A stretch of DNA of 30,640 nucleotides from a virus (IMGVR_UViG_3300031524_000058:1-30640), one strand, 5' to 3'; counted from the stretch's first letter, positions 1-7,362 are shown. Program-made: numbers and translations. The notes: generated by a model from the sequence alone, not told the origin.

Positions 1-433
1 TGTCGCGCATCTCCGCGCCGTCCACCAGCGCGCCCACCAGGTCAAGCTGATCTACAGTCGGCCAGACGGGCGGCAAATCGCTCATGCCCCTGCGCGGGGA
101 ATCGTCTGAGTCGTCGCGCGCAAGTTCCTGCTCGGGCATTTCGACGATTCTGGCATCCGACAGGACTGACCGCGCATGGCGGGCCTTGTCGAGGATCAGG
201 TTGCGGAGAATCTTGCGAAGCCAGGTCGCGCAGCTCGCATGGCGGCCGTCGAACCCGTTAATGTGTTTCCAGACCTGGATGCACGCCTCCTGCGCAAGGT
301 CCTCGGCATCCTCGCGGCCTTCCAGGCGGCCAACACTCACGGCGAACGCGCGTGACTCCAGAATCATGCCGTCCAGGCTCAGCTCGCCGGCTTTGTAAGC
401 GACAAAGGATGCTTGCAGTCGGCCGCGCGTCAT
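1..433 (-). CDS. ECF-like sigma-70 family factor (3' end runs off the window; not in the ORF track)
   Basis: Hand translation from ATG 433 (ATGA overlap with the upstream stop): MTRGRLQASF...DAEDLAQEACIQVWKHINGFDGRHASCATWLRKILRNLILDKAR..., a typical sigma region 2. Frame stays open to position 1. Confidence 0.8.
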   Translation of the reverse strand, partial: MTRGRLQASFVAYKAGELSLDGMILESRAFAVSVGRLEGREDAEDLAQEACIQVWKHINGFDGRHASCATWLRKILRNLILDKARHARSVLSDARIVEMPEQELARDDSDDSPRRGMSDLPPVWPTVDQLDLVGALVDGAEMRD

Positions 434-1149
434 GCCGCCAACCCCCTCAGGCTCTTCCTCAGCTTCACCACGCACTTGGCCAGTATCTGACCCACTCGTG
501 CCATGCACACACCATGGACCAGGCCGATCTCGCGCAGGGTCATGTCGTCTTCAAAGCGCATCCTGAGAATCGTTTGCTCACGAATAGACAACAGGGCCAC
601 GGCCTCCATCATCTTGTCTGCGAAGTCCATCCTGATCACGCGATCCAGCTGGTCTTCCCCTTGGCTGGCGACGGTGGCTTTTATGTCCACTTCGTCACCG
701 CTCTCGTCTATGCGGCCAGGCTTGTCCAGGTCAAACACATACGATCGCGCCAGATCTTCCCTCAACTGGTGCAGGTCTACCAGGCTCACTTCCAGCAGGG
801 CTGCGATTTCCTCATCTTCAGGGTCTCTCTGTAGCTTTCGGGTAAGTAGTTGCTCTGCGTCGGCCATCTTCCTGCCTCTGCTACGGGCCACGCGCGAGCA
901 CCAGTCCTTCTCGCGTATGCCATCCAGCATGGCGCCAGTTACGCGGCCCCTCATGAACGTTGTGAACGTCGAGCTGCCCGGTTCAAATCGCCTGGCAGCT
1001 TCTATGGCTCCATACGAGGCATCGGACAGCAGGGCGTCGAGGTCTGTTTGCGGCATCTTCTTATGCATGCTGAACGCCAAGCATCTGACAGCGGTCATGC
1101 CTCCGATCACCAATGCTTGCTCCGCTGCGGTCATGGCTGGCTCGCGCAT
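430..1149 (-). CDS. FliA/WhiG (sigma-28)-like RNA polymerase sigma factor
   Basis: Region 2 GAIEAARRFEP..FTTF...RVTGAMLDGIREKDW, region 3 LQRDPEDEEIAALL, region 4 LSIREQTILRMRFEDDMTLREIGLVHGVCMARVGQI. Start at ATG 1149 (TGATG overlap); ATG 1134 also possible. Confidence 0.9.
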   Translation of the reverse strand: MREPAMTAAEQALVIGGMTAVRCLAFSMHKKMPQTDLDALLSDASYGAIEAARRFEPGSSTFTTFMRGRVTGAMLDGIREKDWCSRVARSRGRKMADAEQLLTRKLQRDPEDEEIAALLEVSLVDLHQLREDLARSYVFDLDKPGRIDESGDEVDIKATVASQGEDQLDRVIRMDFADKMMEAVALLSIREQTILRMRFEDDMTLREIGLVHGVCMARVGQILAKCVVKLRKSLRGLAA

Positions 1150-1388
1150 CAGGCCGCCAACTCTTCGACCCTGATGAGCCGAGCATAAAAAAGCGCTGGA
1201 TTCCACGACGCGACGATGGCGCGTGCGACGCTCGATCCCGCGACGTAGTCTTCCATGACTTTGAGGTTTGGGCGCAAAGATTGCCCGCACGGCAGCCGCT
1301 TGAAGGGCGCGTGGAGCGAGTCGGGGTAGTTGCGCCAGGTGATTTTGATGGGCGCGTGAATGGGGGACTTCATACGTGGCTTTTTCAT
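1149..1388 (-). CDS. Hypothetical protein (79 aa)
   Basis: MKKPRMKSP...EELAA; start/stop overlaps at both ends (ATGA, TGATG). Confidence 0.6.
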   Translation of the reverse strand: MKKPRMKSPIHAPIKITWRNYPDSLHAPFKRLPCGQSLRPNLKVMEDYVAGSSVARAIVASWNPALFYARLIRVEELAA

Positions 1389-1582
1389 AAGCCGGCGAAG
1401 CTCCCGGCCCAGTGGATGTGCCCGTAAAGGCGGCGAAGGGCGTTCTGGTCGTGGCTCGCCGTCTCCACCAGTCGTTCGTAGTAGGAGATCTGAGGGTTCA
1501 CAGGCGACCACCGAGCGCGCTCGCGGAGCAGGGCGGCATCAACCTCTGCGGTTATTTCCGCGATGGAGTTGGATTCAATCAA
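1385..1582 (-). CDS. Hypothetical protein (~65 aa, TTG start assumed)
   Basis: 3' part of ORF 1385..1813 fills the gap between coupled genes; its stop overlaps the next ATG. Start uncertain. Confidence 0.45.
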   Translation of the reverse strand: MIESNSIAEITAEVDAALLRERARWSPVNPQISYYERLVETASHDQNALRRLYGHIHWAGSFAGL

Positions 1583-1847
1583 TGAGCACCGGCTTCGCCC
1601 TGCGAACGCGAATCGACTTCCAGCGCGCCGGCGTCTGCGCGCGGCGCTCGTAGGTGCAGATCTTCCGCACCGTGGTTCGAGCCAGGTTGAGTTCGCGTGA
1701 GATTTTCTTGTAGCCGAGCCCGTCATCCTCATGCGAGTTGCGCATTTGGTCGACCAGGGCGTCGGAGAGGACAGCGTTGTGGTGGGTCGCGCCGATTCTC
1801 CGGCCGGACTCATTCACCGCAACGAGCAATCTAAGTTGTAAGGGCAC
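1575..1847 (-). CDS. Small phage helix-turn-helix DNA-binding protein
   Basis: VAVNESGRRIG..HHNAVLSD..V..MR...GLGYKKISRELNLARTTVRKIC, HTH pattern of small phage proteins. Confidence 0.7.
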   Translation of the reverse strand: MPLQLRLLVAVNESGRRIGATHHNAVLSDALVDQMRNSHEDDGLGYKKISRELNLARTTVRKICTYERRAQTPARWKSIRVRRAKPVLID

Positions 1848-1884
1848 ACTCTAGTTATGAGCAAAAAAGCTCGCAAAGTTGATT

Positions 1885-1910
1885 CGACTCCGCACAGTGC
1901 GACTCCGCAC
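1885..1910. repeat. 11-bp direct repeat CGACTCCGCAC x2 in a divergent intergenic region
   Basis: Exact copies at 1885-1895 and 1900-1910. Confidence 0.6.
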
Positions 1911-1945
1911 TTACGCGCGTATCTTGGGGGATGGAGGTGTTGGTG

Positions 1946-2347
1946 ATGGCCGATTTGCGAGAGCTGTTGACGGCCGCTGTTCACGCGCTGCGCAGTTACC
2001 AGTACGGCAACGCTTCAACCGAACTCGCTGAAGAGATGGCCGACCACATCGACGAAGCGCTCAAGGAGGCGCCAACAATGATCAAGCCAACCATCGGACG
2101 CGTCGTCTGGTTCTGGCCGCACGGTCTAAACCCTGGGACTCAGCCCCAGGCGGCTCTCATCGCCTACGTCCACTCAGATACCATGGTCAATCTCGCCGTC
2201 TTCGACCCCGAGGGCGAAGCGCACAGCCGGACCTCGGTGTGGCTCTATCAAGGCGCCGGGGAAATCCCCGATGGCGCGTACTGCGAGTGGATGCCGTACC
2301 AGATCGGCCAGGCGAAGACTCAGGCCCCTGGCAGCGCCACGCCGTGA
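1946..2347 (+). CDS. Phage hypothetical protein; apparent two-part ORF with an internal start at 2078
   Basis: GGAGG before ATG 1946; second strong RBS AAGGAGG (2063-2069) before in-frame ATG 2078 (MIKPTIGRVVWF...MVNLAVFD...CEWMPYQ). Confidence 0.7.
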   Translation: MADLRELLTAAVHALRSYQYGNASTELAEEMADHIDEALKEAPTMIKPTIGRVVWFWPHGLNPGTQPQAALIAYVHSDTMVNLAVFDPEGEAHSRTSVWLYQGAGEIPDGAYCEWMPYQIGQAKTQAPGSATP

Positions 2348-3030
2348 TCGAACTCCGCGTAGTTATCCAGGTGGTCCTTGATCACCCGGTAGCATTCGCA
2401 CGCGCGCTCCTCAAGGCTCGACGCATCCAGGATGCGCACCGTGCCGCGGACGTAGTCGATCAGCCCCGCGGCCTTGAGCGCGCTGGCGGCGATCGACACG
2501 GTTGAGCGCGTCGCCCCCAGCATGTCGGTCAGGTACTCCTGGCTCAAGGCGAATGTGTCCGTGCGCGCGCGGTCGGCGCAGATCAGCAGCCACCGCGCAA
2601 GGCGCTGCTCAAAGTTATGCCGGCTGTTGCAGCCCGCGCTCTGCATCGCCTGCACCAGTTGCGCCTGCACATAGCGCAATGCCAACAACTGGAAGATTCC
2701 GCCACGCGCGAATTCGAGCCGCGCCAGCTCTAGCTTTGCCGCAAAGCCCGAGCCTGCGATCTGTGTGTACACGCGGTTCAAGCTGCGCTTGGTCCCCATC
2801 AGCGCGGACACGCCGATAATCGACTCGCAGCCGAACATGCCAACCTCGACCTGGACGCCGTCCTGGAAGGTGGTGGTCATGGACGCCATGCCAGCCTCAA
2901 TGAAGAAGAGATGCTCGATCGGCTTTCCCGGAAACTCAAACTCATGAGCCAGATCGAACTTCACCGGGCGCAACCGCAGCCGTCCAACTACCTCGGCCGA
3001 AAGCGCGCGCAGAACAGTGTTCGTGTACAT
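2320..3030 (-). CDS. Crp/Fnr family transcriptional regulator
   Basis: cNMP-binding-like N-domain (FFIEAGMAS..VEVGMFGCESIIG), ACNxxH-like CNSRHNFEQRLARWLL, HTH LSQEYLTDMLGATRSTVSIAA, C-terminal ACECY. GGAG RBS. Confidence 0.92.
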   Translation of the reverse strand: MYTNTVLRALSAEVVGRLRLRPVKFDLAHEFEFPGKPIEHLFFIEAGMASMTTTFQDGVQVEVGMFGCESIIGVSALMGTKRSLNRVYTQIAGSGFAAKLELARLEFARGGIFQLLALRYVQAQLVQAMQSAGCNSRHNFEQRLARWLLICADRARTDTFALSQEYLTDMLGATRSTVSIAASALKAAGLIDYVRGTVRILDASSLEERACECYRVIKDHLDNYAEFDHGVALPGA

Positions 3031-3092
3031 GATCCAAGGTTACTCCCGCGCGGTCCTCCCCCAAAAGTGTTACTTGTTTCCGCATTTTAATC

Positions 3093-3121
3093 TTGCTATA
3101 TGTATTACTTTGTCCTACATT
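3093..3121 (+). promoter_or_regulatory. Putative sigma-70 promoter with overlapping palindromic operator
   Basis: TTGCTA (3093-3098), 17 bp, TACATT (3116-3121); dyad ATGTAnnAC-N3-GTnnTACAT at 3100-3120. Confidence 0.55.
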
Positions 3122-3153
3122 TCACACAGCCCAAGAGAAAAGAGGCACCACCG

Positions 3154-3765
3154 ATGAGCATCGAGTCAATCGACCTCTCATGCCGCGAAGGCTTTCATGA
3201 CAAGGTTTATCGCGCACAGATCGAAGAGGCCGGCAACGGCTACGTAGTCAATTACCAGTTCGGCCGTAGAGGCACGGAATTGTCCCGTGGAACCAAGACT
3301 GACACGCCGGTGTCACTTGCCGAAGCAACTAGCGTTTTCGACAAGCTGGCGAAACAGAAGCTCGGCAAAGGCTACTTCAGGGAGGTCGAGTGCGCCAACA
3401 AAAATACGGCCATGGTTGCAGGACAGGCTTTGACTCAAGATAGCGTAAATGCTGCATTGAGGTGGCTGTGGGAACGGGCGGAGCATCTGAAAACAAGAGA
3501 CAACGCCCTCGCCTTCGTGGAGATGCTCCACTGGCGTGATCTCGCCATAAAAGAGTTCTTCGCCCAAGGTTACGCTCTTCAGCCCCTCATCTCCGGCAGC
3601 GAAGTACATACACACTACAGCACGTCCCGGAATGAATCCGCGGTGCGCTGGCTTGAGAAGCTGGCATTCGCATCGGACAAGGCAGAGAACCCCGCCACTC
3701 TGCTGGCAATGCTCAACTGGCGCGACAAGACTCTCGTAGAACGCGGCATCGAACTGACGGGCTGA
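3154..3765 (+). CDS. WGR-domain protein with a duplicated C-terminal helical motif
   Basis: HDKVYRAQI...YVVNYQFGRRG...KT...A..VFDKL.KQKLGKGY matches the WGR pattern; GAGG RBS before ATG 3154. Confidence 0.8.
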   Translation: MSIESIDLSCREGFHDKVYRAQIEEAGNGYVVNYQFGRRGTELSRGTKTDTPVSLAEATSVFDKLAKQKLGKGYFREVECANKNTAMVAGQALTQDSVNAALRWLWERAEHLKTRDNALAFVEMLHWRDLAIKEFFAQGYALQPLISGSEVHTHYSTSRNESAVRWLEKLAFASDKAENPATLLAMLNWRDKTLVERGIELTG

Positions 3766-3835
3766 TTAGGCGGTCAACGATACAGAAACTTAGATATAGC
3801 CAAGCGCTTCTCAACGCAAGAAGAAAGAACACATC

Positions 3836-4483
3836 ATGAAACGCTTCATTTTGGTCCTACTCGCACTGATGTTCACCGTCCCGGCAATCGCGCAGGTGAC
3901 GCCGGTCACCGCACCTGCTGTCCCCTTCGATGCGTCCGTGTTTCGTCAGGCGCTCCGTGACAAGCTCCCATCTCTGCAAACAGAAATTACCGCAAGCGGC
4001 AACCGGAATGAAGCAGAGAAAGCATGCGGGGTGAAGGTTTTTTCGGCGATTGCAGAAATGGCCTATAGTGCATCACCACTTACAAAAGAGGAGGCGCAAC
4101 AGTGGGGAACCGCGCAAACAAAAGCGGTGAAATTATGCTTTACAGAAGCCATGCCTCCGGTTCCCGCCGCCGACCAGCAGGTGGTGCCCACCCCCGCACC
4201 ATCAGGCAAGCTGAGCCGAACCGATTTTCTACAGAGCAGGGTGGATGCGGCCGCTCAGATGTGCAAGTCTGCTATTGTTGCGACGGCTAAAGACCCGTCC
4301 TCGGTGCAGTTCGATGACAAGTACGCTTACGGTTTTGGCGCAGTCCTCACTAGAAACTGGATAATCATCGATTGGGGCATCATGGGGAGAAACACATACG
4401 GAGCAGTGCTGAGGCACACAATGGAGTGCAAGGTCTCTTGCATACAGGGCAAGGCTTGCACGTTCGTAGATCTCACCGAATAA
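3836..4483 (+). CDS. Exported hypothetical protein (Sec signal peptide)
   Basis: MKRFILVLLALMFTVPAIA/QV signal; several Cys; C-terminal KDPSSVQF...GRNTYGA motif. Confidence 0.75.
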   Translation: MKRFILVLLALMFTVPAIAQVTPVTAPAVPFDASVFRQALRDKLPSLQTEITASGNRNEAEKACGVKVFSAIAEMAYSASPLTKEEAQQWGTAQTKAVKLCFTEAMPPVPAADQQVVPTPAPSGKLSRTDFLQSRVDAAAQMCKSAIVATAKDPSSVQFDDKYAYGFGAVLTRNWIIIDWGIMGRNTYGAVLRHTMECKVSCIQGKACTFVDLTE

Positions 4484-4531
4484 CCGGCATCCACACGCGG
4501 AAGCCCCGTCGAAGTAAAAAGTCCTTACGCC

Positions 4532-4561
4532 AAAAAGAAGGGATTTACGTACTTGACTCCC
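4532..4561. repeat. IS left target-site duplication plus terminal inverted repeat
   Basis: AAAAAGAA followed by GGGATTTACGTACTTGACTCCC. Confidence 0.93.
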
Positions 4562-4691
4562 GTTTCTTTGATTCCGCATCACTTAGCCTCTTTGTGGAAA
4601 TCTTCCGTTGACGCGGTGGTTTTTGCTTCGCTTCGGGACGGTATTTGAGTACCACATCAACCATTTTGTCGAGGATTTTAGGTGGCTTCAT
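4545..4691 (-). CDS. Small basic IS passenger protein (48 aa; not in the ORF track)
   Basis: MKPPKILDKMVDVVLKYRPEAKQKPPRQRKISTKRLSDAESKKRESST; ATGA overlap with the transposase stop; its own stop lies in the IR. Confidence 0.6.
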   Translation of the reverse strand: MKPPKILDKMVDVVLKYRPEAKQKPPRQRKISTKRLSDAESKKRESST

Positions 4692-5605
4692 TGAATCAAC
4701 CTCGCATAAGTCAGACGCTTGCCGTCAACCGCGTCAATGAACGAATCGAGCCGGTCCAGCGTGTGCCGTTTTACATCGCCCTCATTCAGCCGAAAGGTGA
4801 ACTCGTCAACGTAGCGGTGAAGATGCTTCGGGCTGGCGTGATGGTAGACGCCATACATCCCGCGCTTCATAACTGCCCAAACGCTTTCAATCGAGTTCGT
4901 GTTCACGTCGCCACGGCTGTACTCACCCGCCGAATGCGCCACGGTGTCGTGGTCGAAGAACAGGCCACCGATACCGGAATAGCCGGAAGCTTCATCTGTC
5001 ATCAGTTGGGAGCCAACTTCTACATGCTCCATAATCGCGCCTTGCAGGGCTTCCTTGTCCGTATTGGCTACCGGGTGAGCGATTACCCTACCGCCGCGCT
5101 CCCTGAGTCCCACAACGGCAGTCTTGCCCACGGAGCCACGTCCAGCATTGAGCTTCTTGTGCTCATGTTTGTTCGCTTCCTTACCACCGAAGAACGCCTC
5201 ATCGACTTCCACAACGCCTTGGAGTTTAGCCAGTTCACCGCCGCAAGCCTCACGCAAGCGGTGGAGCATGAACCATGCGGACTTTTGCTGGACGCCTATC
5301 TCTTTGGCGATCTGCATGGAGGAGATACCCTTGCGTGCCGTTACAAGCAAGTACATGGCATAGAGCCACTTGTGAAGCGGAATGTGCGAACGCTCGAAGA
5401 TCGTCCCGGTACGGATAGTGAAATCGAGTTGGCACTTATTGCACCTGTGGAAGCCAGCCTTGCGGGGCGTGATGCGATCCTGACCGGCGCAAGTTGGGCA
5501 GGTAACGCCTTTAGGCCAGAGGCGGCTCTCAAGGTAGGTTCTCGCCGATTCTTCATCGGGAAACATCTGAAACAGTTTGAAGGTGCTGATTGTCGATCTG
5601 CTCAT
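4688..5605 (-). CDS. IS1595 family transposase
   Basis: Zn ribbon CPTC...CNKC, HTH (ISSMQIAKEIGVQQKSAWFMLHRLR), catalytic VEVDE / MTDE / NSIESVWAVMK and YVDEFTFRLNE. Confidence 0.96.
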   Translation of the reverse strand: MSRSTISTFKLFQMFPDEESARTYLESRLWPKGVTCPTCAGQDRITPRKAGFHRCNKCQLDFTIRTGTIFERSHIPLHKWLYAMYLLVTARKGISSMQIAKEIGVQQKSAWFMLHRLREACGGELAKLQGVVEVDEAFFGGKEANKHEHKKLNAGRGSVGKTAVVGLRERGGRVIAHPVANTDKEALQGAIMEHVEVGSQLMTDEASGYSGIGGLFFDHDTVAHSAGEYSRGDVNTNSIESVWAVMKRGMYGVYHHASPKHLHRYVDEFTFRLNEGDVKRHTLDRLDSFIDAVDGKRLTYARLIQ

Positions 5606-5938
5606 CTACTTGCCTCCATTCTTGCCGACCGGATACGGATGTTCGAGCGCGTGGAAAGCGTCTTTCAGAACCGCCTCAGCATCGAGCAATTCGTCCATGA
5701 AATCGCTACCGCCCTCCTGCCAAGCGCGAATTGCTTTGCAGAGCTTTTGAAGGTGGAGGCGCATCTCTGGCGCGGCGGCGATGATTTGAGCACGATCACG
5801 CTGGACTGTAATATCCACCCCGCGAGTAAGTGTCCAAGTGAATTGGCATACCGCTTTGCCATCTTCATCAGTTACAGATTTTGGGACGTTGTATCCGAAC
5901 TCATCCGATCTAACCTTCCATCTACGATTGCTAGTCAT
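5606..5938 (-). CDS. IS passenger gene, phage-type hypothetical protein
   Basis: 110 aa with RAQIIAAAPEM motif; own promoter and AAGGGG RBS; stop directly abuts the transposase ATG. Confidence 0.75.
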   Translation of the reverse strand: MTSNRRWKVRSDEFGYNVPKSVTDEDGKAVCQFTWTLTRGVDITVQRDRAQIIAAAPEMRLHLQKLCKAIRAWQEGGSDFMDELLDAEAVLKDAFHALEHPYPVGKNGGK

Positions 5939-5959
5939 TGGTTATTTCCCCTTAACTGC

Positions 5960-5988
5960 AAGGTATTTGATTCCCTCACGGAAGTCAA
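5960..5988 (-). promoter_or_regulatory. Putative IS internal promoter overlapped by IR-like repeats
   Basis: TTGACT (5988-5983), 17 bp, TACCTT (5965-5960); TTGATTCCC (5967-5975) and GGAAGTCAA (5980-5988) resemble the IR core TTGACTCCC. Confidence 0.6.
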
Positions 5989-6016
5989 GCTGAAAATGAG
6001 GAATTCTTGTGGACAA

Positions 6017-6046
6017 GGGAGTCAAGTACGTAAATCCCAAAAAGAA
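6017..6046. repeat. IS right terminal inverted repeat plus target-site duplication
   Basis: GGGAGTCAAGTACGTAAATCCC followed by AAAAAGAA. Confidence 0.93.
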
Positions 6047-6052
6047 GGCAGC

Positions 6053-6256
6053 ATGATAACGAAGCCGCAAAAGTCTGTACCCACGAGCCCCTTTTCCATG
6101 CGCATCAATCCGGAGACCCGCGCTCTGCTCGACTATCTCATCGAGCGCACCGGGCTGAAGGACGCCCAGCTCTTTCGCATGGGGGTTAAACTGCTGGTGG
6201 AGAAGGAACGGTCCTTAGCCGCCGTCGCACCCACACCAGCGCGCAAAACACGCTGA
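6053..6256 (+). CDS. Ribbon-helix-helix-like DNA-binding protein (67 aa)
   Basis: PFSMRINPETRALLDYLIERTGLKDAQLFRMGVKLL, strand-helix-helix pattern; AGAAGG RBS. It is the 3' end of the 524-aa track ORF. Confidence 0.7.
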   Translation: MITKPQKSVPTSPFSMRINPETRALLDYLIERTGLKDAQLFRMGVKLLVEKERSLAAVAPTPARKTR

Positions 6257-6335
6257 GAAGAAAGTTCACGCCCCGCTCCCTTCGCGCCAACGAAGGCGCG
6301 GGCCAGCCGCACTACAGCCTTCAAAGGAGGCCACA

Positions 6336-6716
6336 ATGCACACCCGCCAAGGTGTCGCCGTACCCGCGCACCCCAAGGATAACGTAACAGTGCTCGCCGA
6401 AATGCTTCGCGAAGCGGTCGCACCCAACTGGGCACCCCTCGAGAAACTCTGTCCGCCCGGGCTCTGCGAGCAGTTCAGGTTCATGGGCTCGGCCGATGGA
6501 ATCTACCTCTACAAGCATGTTGACTCGCTCCGCTATCTGAACGTCGACGTCTTCGGCCGAACTTACGCTTTCAATCCCGAAAGCTCCCTCTACTACACTA
6601 TTTCCGTCGCTGCGGCCATGCGCGGCCTGGCACGGGCGGAGTTGGACGATCTCTTCGCGCCTGCCGAGCGCGCCGCCTTGATGATCATGTTCCAAAGCCT
6701 GGGGGTGAAGCCATGA
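6336..6716 (+). CDS. Hypothetical protein
   Basis: AAAGGAGG RBS; PNWAPLEK...FMG...IYLYKH...RYLNVD; coupled to the next ORF. Confidence 0.75.
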   Translation: MHTRQGVAVPAHPKDNVTVLAEMLREAVAPNWAPLEKLCPPGLCEQFRFMGSADGIYLYKHVDSLRYLNVDVFGRTYAFNPESSLYYTISVAAAMRGLARAELDDLFAPAERAALMIMFQSLGVKP

Positions 6717-6985
6717 AGCATGAACAGAATCTGCGCATCCTGCGCGACATGCTGCTGCTGGTCGATTCGCCCGTCCCGCTTCTAGTGATGCGCGAGTGGT
6801 CCGGCTGGGAGTTGGCGGTTGTCCAAAATTGGGCCGCTGCCGCGCATCTCAAGGCCAGCGATAACAGCGTGCGTGTTCCGCCTGTTCCAAGATGTGTCGA
6901 GGCCTACGCGCGCGGAAAGAGTGCGGCCGCAAGGGCGCGGCTGGCTGACTTCCACGCCAAAGCTGAAAAGTCGAACCTTCGGTGA
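6713..6985 (+). CDS. Hypothetical protein
   Basis: ATGA and GTGA overlaps at both ends. Confidence 0.7.
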   Translation: MKHEQNLRILRDMLLLVDSPVPLLVMREWSGWELAVVQNWAAAAHLKASDNSVRVPPVPRCVEAYARGKSAAARARLADFHAKAEKSNLR

Positions 6986-7359
6986 GGCCGCCTCGGAAGA
7001 TCCTGCTGGTTGGTGATGATGAGGAGCGGATCGGCGTGCTGCGCTATCTACTCCGCACCTATAAATACGCTGTAATTACAGCCTCCAGCCCCGCCGAGGC
7101 CGCGGAGCTGCTGTGCCAGCCCATCGACGTGTTGCTGCTGGAGTGGCCCCTCGACGGTGCAGAAGCCCTATTGAACCGGTCTAAGGAGATCAGCCCGGCG
7201 ACCAACACGCTCGTGGTCACCGATGAGGACCGCCTACCGGTCGGTGTAACTCCCGACTCGACGCTGTTCCGCCGCAGCCTGCGCTCCAATGCGGAGATCC
7301 TGGACCGCATCATGGTGCTGGCTGCGAGAAAACGCGGGCCGCGACCGGACCGCGTCTGA
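6982..7359 (+). CDS. Single-domain response-regulator receiver, atypical (pseudo-receiver)
   Basis: KILLVGDDEE...YAVITASSPAEA...IDVLLLEW..DG..LL...TLVVT; phospho-acceptor position is Glu54. Confidence 0.8.
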   Translation: MRPPRKILLVGDDEERIGVLRYLLRTYKYAVITASSPAEAAELLCQPIDVLLLEWPLDGAEALLNRSKEISPATNTLVVTDEDRLPVGVTPDSTLFRRSLRSNAEILDRIMVLAARKRGPRPDRV

Positions 7360-7362
7360 CGC

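Larger units (their letters stand above)
4540..6038 (-). mobile_element. IS1595-family insertion sequence (ISNwi1-like), 1499 bp, with passenger ORFs
   Basis: Perfect 22-bp terminal IRs GGGATTTACGTACTTGACTCCC (4540-4561 and 6017-6038), 8-bp target duplication AAAAAGAA (4532-4539, 6039-6046), intact transposase. Confidence 0.95.

Noticed and set aside
1150-1290. N-terminal extensions given by the ORF track (sigma; likewise rep, major tail, ParG-like, XRE)
   Set aside because: They overlap upstream genes or promoters; downstream starts have RBS or stop-start coupling.
4682-6052. 524-aa plus-strand ORF as a real gene
   Set aside because: Codon-aligned antisense shadow of the transposase and passenger; only 6053..6256 has an RBS and protein-like pattern.
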